Shown here in pieces: positions 1 to 12,536 of a stretch of DNA of 64,000 nucleotides (position 1 is its first letter; each line of letters opens with the position of its first letter). The position numbers and the translations under genes were made by a program. This stretch comes from Patescibacteria group bacterium (GTDB taxonomy: Bacteria; Patescibacteriota; Minisyncoccia; Moranbacterales; UBA9337): assembly GCA_042569905.1 (NCBI GenBank), contig JBHPHA010000002.1, positions 3,756 through 67,755 of the forward strand, read 5' to 3'. Below the pieces are notes generated by a model that ran no database searches, was not told the origin of the DNA, and saw nothing but the letters and a program-made list of their open reading frames with translations.

Positions 1-1597
<1,597 letters not shown>

Positions 1598-1677
1598 TCA
1601 ATTAATCTTAGAACCTATTCGTAATCCCCATATTCCAATCCGAAAGAGAGATTATGAACAGTCCCTACTTTTTATTT

Positions 1678-2046
1678 CTATCTACTTAAAAAATATAACT
1701 CTACTAAAAATATCCCTGTAGCCAGTAAGAATCCATCCCACCAAACTAACACTCCAAAACTCTGCATAACTAGTAATCCAATGCATATCATAGCTAATAG
1801 AACACCTTGCCTAAAGCTCATTCCTAGACATACAAATGCAATATCCTCTCCCATGAAAACTCTTCTCAACCAGCTCAAAAATAGAACAAAAATTCCTGAT
1901 AAAAAAAGCCAGAAACTTAAATAAAAAAAGACCTGTCCTACTGAGCCAGCTTCTACTGGATCTATACTATTGATCACTATTAGCCAAACTATTAGAGATG
2001 TCATTGTGGCTATTCTCATTCCCCACAAGTAATATTTCAAAGTCAT
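1678..2046 (-). CDS. hypothetical multi-pass membrane protein
   Basis: 122-aa ORF, 3-4 hydrophobic helices; no recognisable family. Confidence 0.5.
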   Translation of the reverse strand: MTLKYYLWGMRIATMTSLIVWLIVINSIDPVEAGSVGQVFFYLSFWLFLSGIFVLFLSWLRRVFMGEDIAFVCLGMSFRQGVLLAMICIGLLVMQSFGVLVWWDGFLLATGIFLVELYFLSR

Positions 2047-2100
2047 GTTTCATTTTCCTTAACAAGAATTCTATTACTATTTTACCGCATTCTCGGAAAC

Positions 2101-2130
2101 AAAACAAGGCAATTCACTGCCTTGTTTTTT
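2101..2130. terminator. bidirectional hairpin terminator after manC
   Basis: aaaacaaggcaattcactgccttgtttttt: stem acaaggca/tgccttgt flanked by an A-run and a T-run. Confidence 0.6.
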
Positions 2131-2152
2131 AGTATTCACACTTAGATACATC

Positions 2153-3508
2153 TTAATCAAAAATTATCATATCATCATCACCTAGGTAGTTTCCAGTTTG
2201 AACTTCAATAAGTTCAAGGTTAACTTTTCCAGGGTTTTTTATCTGATGCTTATTTCCATTTGGAATAAAAGTACTCTCATTTCCCCTTAGAAACATTTCT
2301 TTATCTCCATTTAACACATTCGCCATACCTTTAATCACAATCCAATGTTCAGCTCTGTGATAGTGCATTTGAAGCTTCAATTCCTCACCTGGATATACTG
2401 TTACCTTCCGCACCTTATGCTTTGTTCCATCAATCAGTGTCTCATATTTTCCCCACGGCCTATGAACGATTACGTTGTGTTCCAACTCCTTAAAATTATG
2501 CTCCTTCAAATAGTCTACAACTTTTTTAACATCTTCCCCTTTTCCTTTTTTGTGAATCAAGATACTGTCATTATTCTCAATCACAACCAAATCTTTTACA
2601 CCTAGCGTGGCAACTACTTTATTTGAATGAACAAACACATCCTCAGAGTCAATGCTAATATGCTTTTTATTTTTCTTTTTTTTCTTCAAAAGAACATCCG
2701 CCAATCCATCAAAAGAGCCGATGTCGCTCCAACCAAAATCACCATCAAAAACAATCACTTTGTCAGATTTTTCACTTACAGCATAATCAATAGATATAGA
2801 TGGGGACTTGTCAAAATTGTCCAAAAATTCGTTCAACCCTCCCTTTAGCAGCTTGAACAAATCTTTTGAATGCTTCTCTAATTCCTCCATTAAAACCTTT
2901 CGATTGAAAATATACATCCCTGAGTTCCAAAGGTACTTCCCGGAATCTACATACTTTTTTGCAGTTTTCAAATCAGGTTTTTCCTTGAACTCCGCAACAT
3001 TGGAATAGCACTTAAACTCCTTGCCTTTTTGAATATATCCATAGCCAGTTTCAGGCTTTGTTGGAACAATCCCAATCGTCCCAACATTATCACCAACCTC
3101 TTTCATGGCTCGCTTCACAACATCTAGATAGTCCTTCTGCCTTTCAATGTGGTGATCTGCTGGAAGAATAATTACTGAGTCACTAACTTTAGAATCATAT
3201 TTCTCTTCCAAATATTTAAATGCTAGTGCTATCGCTGGTGCAGTATTCAAGCTAGCCGGCTCCACTAAGACCTGATCCTCGGAAAAATCCGCATCAATTT
3301 CCCTAATCTGATTGGCAACATTAAAAAAGTTATCCTTATTAGAGACTAATAGGATGTTTTTTGCTGGCATAATCTCTCTCATTCTCAAAAAGGTTTCTTG
3401 CAAGAGAGACTTGTCACTATACAAGCTCAAAAACTGCTTTGGATAATTTTTCCTACTAAGTGGCCAAAGCCTTGTTCCAGATCCTCCACATAAAATTACA
3501 CTATACAT
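2153..3508 (-). CDS. manC: mannose-1-phosphate guanylyltransferase / mannose-6-phosphate isomerase (bifunctional, cupin C-terminus)
   Basis: N-terminus MYSVILCGGSGTRLWPLSRKNYPKQFL is the NTP-transferase signature; C-terminal HRPWG..YHRAEHW cupin. Confidence 0.9.
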   Translation of the reverse strand: MYSVILCGGSGTRLWPLSRKNYPKQFLSLYSDKSLLQETFLRMREIMPAKNILLVSNKDNFFNVANQIREIDADFSEDQVLVEPASLNTAPAIALAFKYLEEKYDSKVSDSVIILPADHHIERQKDYLDVVKRAMKEVGDNVGTIGIVPTKPETGYGYIQKGKEFKCYSNVAEFKEKPDLKTAKKYVDSGKYLWNSGMYIFNRKVLMEELEKHSKDLFKLLKGGLNEFLDNFDKSPSISIDYAVSEKSDKVIVFDGDFGWSDIGSFDGLADVLLKKKKKNKKHISIDSEDVFVHSNKVVATLGVKDLVVIENNDSILIHKKGKGEDVKKVVDYLKEHNFKELEHNVIVHRPWGKYETLIDGTKHKVRKVTVYPGEELKLQMHYHRAEHWIVIKGMANVLNGDKEMFLRGNESTFIPNGNKHQIKNPGKVNLELIEVQTGNYLGDDDMIIFD

Positions 3509-3569
3509 AATATTTTTTATTTTACTTTTTATCTAGTACCAGATTAAATTAATCACTTCTTTATCGATT

Positions 3570-4526
3570 CTAATAAACCATTATTTTTTCTAGCTTCTCT
3601 TGATATTTCTCAAAAACCAATGGACCTTGTGGTTTTGGCAAAAAAATCAACGCTTCATCTGAAGCCTCAATAAAACTACTTTCCATCTTGGTTTTTGGAT
3701 TATTTTCAATTTTCTTTTTTTCAATTTTTCTCAAAAAATCCTCCAGTCTATCAAAATCAAACATTCTTTCCAGAAAAGTCCTTATTGACACAGCAAGTTT
3801 ACTATCAGAAACTTTTTTCAAATTACTAATCTCGCTAATGTAGTAATTTGGTCTAATATTTTTTATCCAATGATTTTTAAGTTGAAACTTCTTGTAATAG
3901 TTATTCACATCAAAAATAGGTGAGGTGAACATATATTCACTAGCAGAGAAAATATTTTTATCAGTAATCTCTAAAGATTTTGTGGTTATAAAATAATTCA
4001 AACAAACTCTATCCCTAATCTTATTTCCATATCGTCTTTTTCCTAGAATGTGCGTCAATAAAGTTACTAAAGTTCTTCCAATCCAAATTCGATTATTCTT
4101 AAGTACCACCAATAAATCCCAGTCACTTTCATTTTCAGCATTCTTCATTGAAAGCCTTCCCGTAATTAAAAGCATCCTCACGAAAGGTACAAATCTCAAG
4201 CACCACACAACATTTCTAAGTCTTTTTATTTTTGTATTTGAAATCTTACTATTCCTAACTCTCCTATCAACCAAATCGCCCTCTCCTGCAAGAAAATAAT
4301 ATCCACGAGACATTTCAATCACTCTTCTCAGTTCGTCACTCTCAAGACCACTTATCACATCTAATAATGAGTATTCCCTTTTTTCAAAATCACTATCCAA
4401 ATTCATCTTCTCCCTGTCCATTTTATCTATTATAAACTTCCAGATTTCAAAAGCAGTTAATGGATAATTCAGCGCACTATAATAACAAATCGTACTAACA
4501 ATATTTTTCGATAAATAAGAATTCAT
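3570..4526 (-). CDS. hypothetical protein, possible nucleotidyltransferase-fold
   Basis: 318 aa; ITGRLSMKNAENESDWDLLVV resembles the GS..DxD minimal NTase motif; weak. Confidence 0.45.
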   Translation of the reverse strand: MNSYLSKNIVSTICYYSALNYPLTAFEIWKFIIDKMDREKMNLDSDFEKREYSLLDVISGLESDELRRVIEMSRGYYFLAGEGDLVDRRVRNSKISNTKIKRLRNVVWCLRFVPFVRMLLITGRLSMKNAENESDWDLLVVLKNNRIWIGRTLVTLLTHILGKRRYGNKIRDRVCLNYFITTKSLEITDKNIFSASEYMFTSPIFDVNNYYKKFQLKNHWIKNIRPNYYISEISNLKKVSDSKLAVSIRTFLERMFDFDRLEDFLRKIEKKKIENNPKTKMESSFIEASDEALIFLPKPQGPLVFEKYQEKLEKIMVY

Positions 4527-4652
4527 ATCAACAATAAAAATCTAAACTGATTACATATTCCATTATACAGAAAAAGTATAAATACAACAAAAAAAATCCC
4601 ATATCGATTTCGATACGGGATTATATTGTCTGGTTTTTTTAAAAAAGATTAT

Positions 4653-5213
4653 CTATCTCTTTAGTTCTTTTGCTTGCTCCATGCACTTCTGAATGGCGGC
4701 ATACTCGGGGTTGTTGTATTTTACTATATTATGAGCAATCCCACTATCATATAAAACCCATATAAAAATAACTGCAGCTACACCGGAAATGATAAAATAA
4801 TTAACTGCCCAGTTCTCCCTTGAGCTTTTTTCTTTTTCACTTTCACCCTCAACAGACCTATCTATTTTCAAGCCCACTCGAAAACAGATACTAGCCATTA
4901 TCGCAAACAACAAAATCCAGAAAGTGGAAAATATAATATCAGCCATAGCCTCCGCTTTCGCCTGTTTTACATAAATTGGGAAAGCGTCTTCGGCCAAGGA
5001 CTCCACCTTCAAAAGCAACTCTTTCAGTTCACCTCCGCCGTTCTCCATGATTTCCTTGGTATTATCACCAAGGTCTAATTTCAGCGAAAAACTCGACGGA
5101 ATTTCGGTAGAATTATCCTCATTTTCCGCCAATGCATTGCCTGAAAAAGGCAAAGACATAGCTACCAGTGTAAATACCATCGTCAAAATTACTTTCTTCG
5201 TGTTCGTCAACAT
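4653..5213 (-). CDS. hypothetical signal-peptide / membrane protein
   Basis: Track ORF 4653..5417 trimmed to ATG 5213, which has a GGAGGAG RBS just upstream. MLTNTKKVILTMVFTLVAMSLPFSGNALA signal-like N-terminus; C-terminal TM helices. Confidence 0.55.
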   Translation of the reverse strand: MLTNTKKVILTMVFTLVAMSLPFSGNALAENEDNSTEIPSSFSLKLDLGDNTKEIMENGGGELKELLLKVESLAEDAFPIYVKQAKAEAMADIIFSTFWILLFAIMASICFRVGLKIDRSVEGESEKEKSSRENWAVNYFIISGVAAVIFIWVLYDSGIAHNIVKYNNPEYAAIQKCMEQAKELKR

Positions 5214-5440
5214 GATTTTCTCCTCCACAGTAAGATTACTTGAATTGAGCAATTGCTCAGGGTTAACCTTTTTTAAAAAACTTTGACTGTTAAGACTAGT
5301 ATACCTTAATAATGTTGTCAATAGATTAGATGACATGCATTTATAGCTGATGCTTTTATTTAGGGATCCTGAAACAAGTTCAGAATGACAAGAAACAAAA
5401 ACCACCCGATCGCTCAAGTGGTTTCTATTCTTCCTGTTAT

Positions 5441-8239
5441 CTAAATATATTTTGCTGTCCAGCTTTTTTTGTCTTTTTGAAGTTGCTTTGGAGTTCCTTC
5501 GAATACTACTTCTCCTCCTCCGTCTCCTCCTTCATGCCCAAGTTCGATAATCCAGTCTGAGCTTTTCATAACGTCAGTGTTATGCTCAACAATCAAAACA
5601 GTGTTCCCTTTTTCAACCAATGCATCACAAACTTTCAAAAGCTTCTTAGTATCTTCAAAGTGAAGTCCTATTGTTGGCTCATCTAGAATATAAAGAGTTT
5701 TTCCAGTTGATTTTCTTGCCAATTCAGTTGCTAGTTTAATTCTCTGAGCTTCACCACCTGAAAGATCTGTTGCGCTTTGTCCTAGTTTCAAGTATCCCAA
5801 TCCAACTTCCTCCATGGTCCTCAATTTATCATGAATCAATGGATGTTCCTTGAAAAACTTACTTGCGTAACTAACACTCATCTCTAAAACATTTGCAATA
5901 TTCACACCTCTGTATTCTATCTCAAGAGTTTTCTTATTGTACCTTGTCCCCTCACATGCTTCACATTTAACATACATATCTGGAAGAAGTTGCATTTCAA
6001 TCTTTCGCTTACCGTCACCCTGACAAACTTCACAACGCCCACCTTTCATATTGAAACTAAACCGACTCGCAGTATATCCTCTATTCTTAGATTCTTCAGT
6101 TCTTGAAAACAACTCTCTGATATGAGAAAAGGTTCCAGTATAAGTTGCAGCATTAGAACGAGGAGTTTTCCCAATTGGAGCCTGAGTAATATTAATCACC
6201 TTATCAATATTAGAAACTCCATTAATTTCTTTATGCTCACCAGGCTCTCTTTTTGCATTATAGAAATGCTTTGAAAGTGCTTTAGCTAAGATATCATTAA
6301 CCAGAGTAGATTTACCAGAACCAGAAACTCCAGCCACAGTAATAATCTTTCCAAGTGGAATACTAACATCAACTTTTTTCAAATTGTTCTCAGTGGCTCC
6401 GATAATACTAATACTTTTTCCACTTCCTGCTCTATATTTACTCTTACTAAAAACATCTTCTTTCTCAAACACATGTCTCCCTGTAATATTTCCTGATTTT
6501 TCTAAATCATCAGGAGTTCCTTCAAAGATTACCTTTCCACCTTCTTCTCCAGCTCCAGGACCCATATCAATAATCCAATCAGCAGCTTTCATGAAATCCC
6601 TGTCATGTTCCACAATAATCAAAGAGTTTCCAGCGTCCTTCAATGAGTTTACTGTTTTTATTAACTTTTCAGTATCACGACTATGTAGTCCGATTGACGG
6701 CTCATCTAAAACATAGATTATTCCTGATAGTTGTGATTTAATCTGAACTGCTAATCTTATTCTCTGAGCTTCACCACCTGAAATAGTCTGAGTACTTCTT
6801 GAAAGACTTAGATAATTCAAACCAACATTTTCCAATGCATTCAATCTTTCTAATATTTCATCAATTAACACACTAGCAACTTTTTCAAAATCACTATCAA
6901 TTTCAGCAAAAGAAAAAGTATCAAAGAATTCTCTCGCTTCAGATATGCTCATAATCACAATATCATCAATAGATTTCCCCTTAATCAAAACACTTAAATA
7001 TTCTCTTTTCAATCTCTTCCCTTCACAAGAAGAACAAGTACTTGAAAACATGTATTTTTCAATTTCTTTTCTAGCATGATCAGATCTTGTGCTTGCGTAC
7101 TTCTCTTCTAATTCACGCACAACTCCTTTAAACTGAATTTTTGAATCGCTACATTCTCCATGAAGAATTGCCTCTAAAGCTTTGTTAGATAGTTTGCTAA
7201 TAGGGGCATTTAAGGAAAACTTATATTTTCTTGCTAATGATTGCAAAGATCTCAATTGAGCATTATCATCAGACTTACTTCCCAATTTACTCCAAGGCTT
7301 AATTGCACCTTCAATAATAGAAAGCTTTTTATTGGGAATAATAAACTTAGGAGAAACATTCATCTTCACACCCAAACCTGAACACTCTGAACAAGCTCCC
7401 TCTGGACTATTGAATGAAAATTTATTTGGAGTAACTTCCTTGATGCGAACACCACAACTATGACATATGAAATCATTATTAAACGTCATTTCGTCAATAT
7501 TATCCACCAAGACAACCATAGACCCACTCCCTAATTTCATTGCTGTCTCAATAGAATCCAAAATTCTCTCATCATCAGGATTTTTTGAGCTCAATGTTAT
7601 CCTATCCACCACAACATCTATATCAGTATCCACTCCATCTCTAATTAAAGGAATCGCGTCATCAATTGCTTTTACTTTCTCATTGAACCTTACCCTTGCA
7701 TATCCAAGCTGCTGAATTCTTTTTAGTGTATCTACAGGAGCACTTTTGCTATCATAATATCGAGCTAGAATCATTATCTGAGTTCTATCTTCAAATTTCA
7801 AAATTTTCTTCAATATCTCCCTATTACTTTTTCTTTTCATTTCATTATTACAATCAGGACAGTGTACACCTCCGATTTTAGAGAACAATACTCTCAAGTA
7901 ATCATAAACCTCGGTCATAGTACCTACTGTTGACCTTGGACTCCTAACAACACTTCTTTGATCAATTGCAATTGGAGGACTTATGTTATCAATTTTATCC
8001 ACATCGGGCTTTGCAGAAATATCCAAAAAACTACGCGCATATGAAGAAAGACCCTCCATATATCGACGATTACCCTCAGCAAAAATTGTATCAAAAGCCA
8101 AAGAAGATTTCCCTGATCCAGAAAGACCTGTTACCACTACCAATTTATTCTTAGGAATATCTAAATTAACATTTTTTAAGTTATTAACCCTCGCTCCTCT
8201 TATTATTATTTCCTCTTTTTTACTTTTATTAGAAGGCAT
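5441..8239 (-). CDS. uvrA: excinuclease ABC subunit A
   Basis: 932 aa; two ABC ATPase modules ([18 protein letters not shown]; LSGGEAQR twice) and zinc-finger Cys clusters. Confidence 0.97.
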   Translation of the reverse strand: MPSNKSKKEEIIIRGARVNNLKNVNLDIPKNKLVVVTGLSGSGKSSLAFDTIFAEGNRRYMEGLSSYARSFLDISAKPDVDKIDNISPPIAIDQRSVVRSPRSTVGTMTEVYDYLRVLFSKIGGVHCPDCNNEMKRKSNREILKKILKFEDRTQIMILARYYDSKSAPVDTLKRIQQLGYARVRFNEKVKAIDDAIPLIRDGVDTDIDVVVDRITLSSKNPDDERILDSIETAMKLGSGSMVVLVDNIDEMTFNNDFICHSCGVRIKEVTPNKFSFNSPEGACSECSGLGVKMNVSPKFIIPNKKLSIIEGAIKPWSKLGSKSDDNAQLRSLQSLARKYKFSLNAPISKLSNKALEAILHGECSDSKIQFKGVVRELEEKYASTRSDHARKEIEKYMFSSTCSSCEGKRLKREYLSVLIKGKSIDDIVIMSISEAREFFDTFSFAEIDSDFEKVASVLIDEILERLNALENVGLNYLSLSRSTQTISGGEAQRIRLAVQIKSQLSGIIYVLDEPSIGLHSRDTEKLIKTVNSLKDAGNSLIIVEHDRDFMKAADWIIDMGPGAGEEGGKVIFEGTPDDLEKSGNITGRHVFEKEDVFSKSKYRAGSGKSISIIGATENNLKKVDVSIPLGKIITVAGVSGSGKSTLVNDILAKALSKHFYNAKREPGEHKEINGVSNIDKVINITQAPIGKTPRSNAATYTGTFSHIRELFSRTEESKNRGYTASRFSFNMKGGRCEVCQGDGKRKIEMQLLPDMYVKCEACEGTRYNKKTLEIEYRGVNIANVLEMSVSYASKFFKEHPLIHDKLRTMEEVGLGYLKLGQSATDLSGGEAQRIKLATELARKSTGKTLYILDEPTIGLHFEDTKKLLKVCDALVEKGNTVLIVEHNTDVMKSSDWIIELGHEGGDGGGEVVFEGTPKQLQKDKKSWTAKYI

Positions 8240-8431
8240 TATTTTTTGTAAATAAATTAAAATGGTTATCTAGCTATATATGTTACTACAAAAAATATAA
8301 CTTGTAAACACACAATACTAGATGACCGTTTTAGGCATATACATTAATAGCTATTATGGTAAAATATAATTATCGGAATATAGCTCTTCAAGAGAATTAG
8401 TTTTAATTAAAAGATTATAATCTCAAAAAAT

Positions 8432-8932
8432 ATGAGTGAGAAACTTCAAAAAACAAAATGGTTTTGGAAAAACAATTATTTCCTTATTCTTTCATTGATT
8501 CCAATCATTGTCATAATAGTGGCCTTAGAAATAACGTCCAGCACTAGATTTGACTTCATACCTCATCTTTTTGGAGATCAAAGAAGCTCATTATTTGACC
8601 TCTGGTCTATTCAGCACTTTTTATCAGGGGTTTTGATTGGGGCTCTTCTTATTACGCCAAAATACCAAGCAACAAAAAACTGGCAAAAAATGGTCCCTTT
8701 AACATTATTTTTTGCTTTCGGATGGGAAGCGCTTGAACTCTTGATTGAATCAGGAGGAATATCTACTTTTAGTAGCTTCTGGAATAGTCGAGAGCATTGG
8801 TCCAATAGACTAATCAGTGATCCGGCATTGGTTTTTGTTGGAGGAATTGTCGGATACGTTATTCATGATTCTTGGAAAGTTGCGATAGTCCCTACCGTTG
8901 TCTGGCTAGCACTTAAAGCGGCTCTTATTTAA
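8432..8932 (+). CDS. hypothetical membrane protein
   Basis: 166 aa, 4-5 TM helices; followed by a terminator at 8936-8967. Confidence 0.55.
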   Translation: MSEKLQKTKWFWKNNYFLILSLIPIIVIIVALEITSSTRFDFIPHLFGDQRSSLFDLWSIQHFLSGVLIGALLITPKYQATKNWQKMVPLTLFFAFGWEALELLIESGGISTFSSFWNSREHWSNRLISDPALVFVGGIVGYVIHDSWKVAIVPTVVWLALKAALI

Positions 8933-8935
8933 AAC

Positions 8936-8967
8936 AAAAAACGACAGAAATAACACTGTCGTTTTTT
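8936..8967 (+). terminator. intrinsic terminator
   Basis: acgacag-aaataaca-ctgtcgt followed by tttttt. Confidence 0.65.
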
Positions 8968-8983
8968 ATATTTGGCTTTCCTA

Positions 8984-9217
8984 CTAAGCTTCTTTTTGGT
9001 ATTTTTTATATATAGCTACACTGTACGCAAAGGCTACTAAGAAAAATACTGCTCCATAAAAACACGGTGTTAAAAATGGATTAGTCATTCCAACTGGACA
9101 TCCAGTTGTGCATGCTCTTCCATTCATCCAATCTGCTAATTCTCTTCCAAAATTAACCCAAGCAAAGATTGTTCCTACTAATAAGATTACAAGTTGCTGT
9201 TTCACCAAAGTGTTCAT
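8984..9217 (-). CDS. small 2-TM membrane protein with Cys-rich loop (CTTGCPVG)
   Basis: 77-aa ORF, two hydrophobic helices; family not recognised. Confidence 0.4.
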   Translation of the reverse strand: MNTLVKQQLVILLVGTIFAWVNFGRELADWMNGRACTTGCPVGMTNPFLTPCFYGAVFFLVAFAYSVAIYKKYQKEA

Positions 9218-9345
9218 TTTTTTAATACATTAAAAATTACTCTCCTTACTTACAAATATACTCCTGTCAATTAATCCATGCAACTAATGACAATAAAAAG
9301 CCCTCCACAAGAAAGGCTTTTTATTATTTTATCAAAAGATGCAAC

Positions 9346-10422
9346 TTAGAAACTTATATCCAAGTCACCGCCGCTAACATCTAAATCCACATCCTTTGTG
9401 TCAATTTTTAAGTCACCACCGCTAGTGACATCAAGATCAGCTTCGTCTGTTCTTATCTTCAAGCTTCCATCACTATTTACCTCAAGCGTTGTAGTTCCAG
9501 TAGTTACCTTAGAACCCATATCATCTACAACTAAGTTCAAGTCACTAGAACCTTCAACTGAAAAATATGAACCACCACCACTTACAGAAATGCTATTCAA
9601 TTGCGTCTTAGTAGCTCCTGTAACATTTAATCCAATCACATCAATCACAATTCCCTTTGCCTTCAATTGACTAGCCACATTAACTGGATTACCACCACAT
9701 GTCTCCTCTCCATCGCTCAACAGTAATACGTGCATTTTTTCTCCTGACTTTGATTTTTGAATCAAAATGTCTCCAGCTTTTTGCAATGATGACGCAAGAG
9801 GAGTCCATCCATTTGGATTCAAACTATTAACTCTTGATTTAACAATCCCTCCATTTACTGGTCCAAAAGTGTATACCTCCTCTATACCGCTACATGATTC
9901 AGCTTTTCCAGCCTGAGTATTGTTACCCTTGTGCCCATATGCAAGCACACTCAAATCAACATTCTCCCCTAGTTTTGATACATACTTTGCAACTGCATTT
10001 TTTGCAACGCTCATCCTAGTGCCTCCCTGAGCTTGAGCAGCCATACTTCCTGATGCATCAAAAATAAGAACTGAGTTTATCTCCTCATAATCACCACTAC
10101 CAGCTTCTTGTGATGCTCCATCACCTGTAACATTTACGCTAGAACCTCCGGCACCAGTCTGAATATCCACACCAGGAGCACTCACACTAGCACCATCAGC
10201 ACCAGTTTGAATATCTACACCGGGAGCACTAACGCTAGCACCGCCTGGACCTGTTTTAATATTCACACCATCAGCATTCACTTCCACACCATCATTATTA
10301 ATCCTCACAGAAGGAATAAGAGTTCGACGAACCATGTAGGCACCCACGGCTACAGTGATCAATAGTACGACTATAACTATTAAAACGACTCCTACTTTTG
10401 CAATACCTTTTTCTTTTTTCAT
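9346..10422 (-). CDS. membrane-anchored von Willebrand factor A domain protein with internal repeats
   Basis: N-terminal TM helix; tandem GVDIQTGA(D/G)G(A/S)SVSAP repeats; VWA MIDAS motif LIFDASGSM; C-terminal DLDV/DLKI repeats. Confidence 0.8.
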   Translation of the reverse strand: MKKEKGIAKVGVVLIVIVVLLITVAVGAYMVRRTLIPSVRINNDGVEVNADGVNIKTGPGGASVSAPGVDIQTGADGASVSAPGVDIQTGAGGSSVNVTGDGASQEAGSGDYEEINSVLIFDASGSMAAQAQGGTRMSVAKNAVAKYVSKLGENVDLSVLAYGHKGNNTQAGKAESCSGIEEVYTFGPVNGGIVKSRVNSLNPNGWTPLASSLQKAGDILIQKSKSGEKMHVLLLSDGEETCGGNPVNVASQLKAKGIVIDVIGLNVTGATKTQLNSISVSGGGSYFSVEGSSDLNLVVDDMGSKVTTGTTTLEVNSDGSLKIRTDEADLDVTSGGDLKIDTKDVDLDVSGGDLDISF

Positions 10423-10500
10423 TTGTTTTTATTTTTAATTTATAACTACCATATCATACCATAAAAATACTACATCGACAATTTGCTAAAATGTCTTGCC

Positions 10501-11736
10501 TTATCGATATAATGGGAAATTTTTGCAAAGCGCTTTCACTTCTTTGTGAATCAATTTCAAAACTTCTTCGTCGTCATGACTTTCAACTGCAGCGTTGATC
10601 CAATTGGCAATCTTTTTCACCTCTCCCTTTTTCATTCCTCTAGTTGTCATAGCTGGGGTTCCAATTCTGATTCCACTTGGATCCATTGGACTTCTTGGGT
10701 CATCTGGAATCATATTCTTATTCACAGTGATTCCAATTTTATCCAAAGCAACCTCTGCTTCTTGCCCAGTAACTTCCTTACTTCCAAAAACATCCACTAA
10801 AACCATATGATTCTCAGTTCCTCCAAACATCATCTTAAAACCATAAGAAGTCAACTCCTCCTCTAAAACTTTGGCATTAACAATTATTTGCTTAGCGTAT
10901 TTCTTGAAAGATGGCTTCAATGCTTCCCCAAAAGAAACAGCTTTAGCTGCAATATTATTCATATGTGGACCACCTTGAAATCCTGGGAAAGCTGATTTGT
11001 TAATCGCCTTAGCATACTTTTCCTTGCAAAGAATCATTCCTCCCCTTGGGCCACGCAATGTTTTGTGAGTAGTAGTTGTTACAATATCGAAATATGGAGT
11101 AGGATTCTCAATTGCACCTCCCGCAATGAGTCCAGCAATGTGAGCAATGTCAATCATCAGAATTGCCCCTACTTTGTCAGCAATTTTTCTAAATTTTTTG
11201 TAATCCAAATTCCTAGTATAAGCAGAAAAACCAGCCAAAATCATTTTTGGCTTTTCCTTAATCGCCATCGCCTCTAATTCTTTGTAATCAATTTTTCCAT
11301 TCTTAGCTGTTTTGTATCCCTTAAATTTATAAATCTGAGCTGAGAGTGTTACTGGGTGACCATGAGTCAAATGTCCTCCATGAGAAAGATCCATCCCCAA
11401 AATCTTATCCCCTGGCTCCAAAACGGCGCTATACGCAATCATATTTGCAGGCGCGCCTGAATGTGGCTGTACGTTTACATGCTCCGCACCAAAAAGCTTT
11501 TTAGCCCTTTCAATTGCCAAGTTTTCAACGACATCAGTATACTCTTGCCCCCCATAATATCTTTTTCCTGGATACCCTTCAGAATATTTATTTGTAAAAA
11601 CTGTTCCCAGTGCTTCAAGAACTGCCTTTGAAACATAATTCTCCGAAGCAATCATTTCCAAACCTTCTTCCTGCCTCTTCAATTCCTTCATTGTGGCATC
11701 ATAAACTTTTGGATCTGTCTTTTTTAGATTTTTCAT
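10501..11736 (-). CDS. glyA: serine hydroxymethyltransferase
   Basis: MKNLKKTDPKVYDATMKELKRQEEGLEMIASENY..; PLP site TTTTHKTLRGPRGG. Start trimmed from 11814 to ATG 11736. Confidence 0.95.
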   Translation of the reverse strand: MKNLKKTDPKVYDATMKELKRQEEGLEMIASENYVSKAVLEALGTVFTNKYSEGYPGKRYYGGQEYTDVVENLAIERAKKLFGAEHVNVQPHSGAPANMIAYSAVLEPGDKILGMDLSHGGHLTHGHPVTLSAQIYKFKGYKTAKNGKIDYKELEAMAIKEKPKMILAGFSAYTRNLDYKKFRKIADKVGAILMIDIAHIAGLIAGGAIENPTPYFDIVTTTTHKTLRGPRGGMILCKEKYAKAINKSAFPGFQGGPHMNNIAAKAVSFGEALKPSFKKYAKQIIVNAKVLEEELTSYGFKMMFGGTENHMVLVDVFGSKEVTGQEAEVALDKIGITVNKNMIPDDPRSPMDPSGIRIGTPAMTTRGMKKGEVKKIANWINAAVESHDDEEVLKLIHKEVKALCKNFPLYR

Positions 11737-11830
11737 ATCTTTGTTTTTCCCAGTTAATTTATTACGTTCCCTTAATATATGGTAACTATTTATAATTTTA
11801 TCATTATTCAGCATTAAATCAAAAAGTGAC

Positions 11831-11864
11831 TAAGATTACCACGCACTGTAGCGTGGTAATCTTA
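11831..11864. repeat. perfect 14-bp-stem palindrome, core TACCACGC-ACTGTA-GCGTGGTA (copy 1), abutting the glyA promoter
   Basis: taagattaccacgc actgta gcgtggtaatctta read directly; same 22-nt core as 12501-12536. Confidence 0.85.
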
Positions 11865-11930
11865 GTGGTGGTCAATGATAGTATCACAAATACCAATCAT
11901 GAAAAACACCTCTATGTATTGGGGTGATTT

Positions 11931-12449
11931 TCATTTCATTAATCTTTTTAATTTACGGTATAATTCAGTTTTTTCTTTCATCTTGTCCATCTCGACAATA
12001 ACATTTCTCAATTTCTCCTTTTGCTTTCTGCTTGAGCTTTTAATAATATTTTCCAAAATAATTTCCGGCCAATAATACATTGGGTATCGCTTTTTTATTG
12101 AATTTAAATCAACAACAGGACATTCTTCCTTGATATTAATATTCTTCTTTCGCGTTTTTCTAACAGCTGCCCTGTATCCATCTCCTGATATCTTCAACCA
12201 CTCTTGAACCCTTGCAATAGTACTATATCCAACTCCCAACTCATTTCTAATGTCCTCATAAGAATACTTGTCTAGTAAAAGTTCAGATATCTTCAATCTC
12301 TTCGCAATCATCTCCGCCTCCTTAATTGAAAGAAGGTCCCGCAAAAGAGCTGCTGCCTCGTCAACTTTTTTTGTTTTTGAAATTGCTAATGATAATTTGT
12401 AAAAAATCATTCCTATTTCTTTTTTTGACATTTTTTTAGAACCTACCAT
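11931..12449 (-). CDS. TrpR / YerC-YecD-like helix-turn-helix regulator
   Basis: LLSIKEAEMIAKRLKISELLL..SYEDIRNELGVGYSTIARVQEWL resembles the TrpR-related YerC/YecD family. The track GTG start (12503) lies inside the palindrome stem, so an internal ATG is preferred; start uncertain. Confidence 0.65.
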   Translation of the reverse strand: MVGSKKMSKKEIGMIFYKLSLAISKTKKVDEAAALLRDLLSIKEAEMIAKRLKISELLLDKYSYEDIRNELGVGYSTIARVQEWLKISGDGYRAAVRKTRKKNINIKEECPVVDLNSIKKRYPMYYWPEIILENIIKSSSRKQKEKLRNVIVEMDKMKEKTELYRKLKRLMK

Positions 12450-12500
12450 ATCTTTAATGACACTATTAACTAAATTGGATTTACATAATCTCAATTTAGT

Positions 12501-12536
12501 CACATACTACCACGCACTGTAGCGTGGTAGTATGTG
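12501..12536. repeat. perfect 15-bp-stem palindrome, same core (copy 2), immediately 5' of the TrpR-like gene
   Basis: cacatactaccacgc actgta gcgtggtagtatgtg read directly. Confidence 0.85.

Noticed and set aside
8240-8431. A second LexA box upstream of uvrA
   Set aside because: The only similar sequence, AGTAACATATATAGCT, matches the lexA inverted repeat poorly, so I could not support a shared motif.
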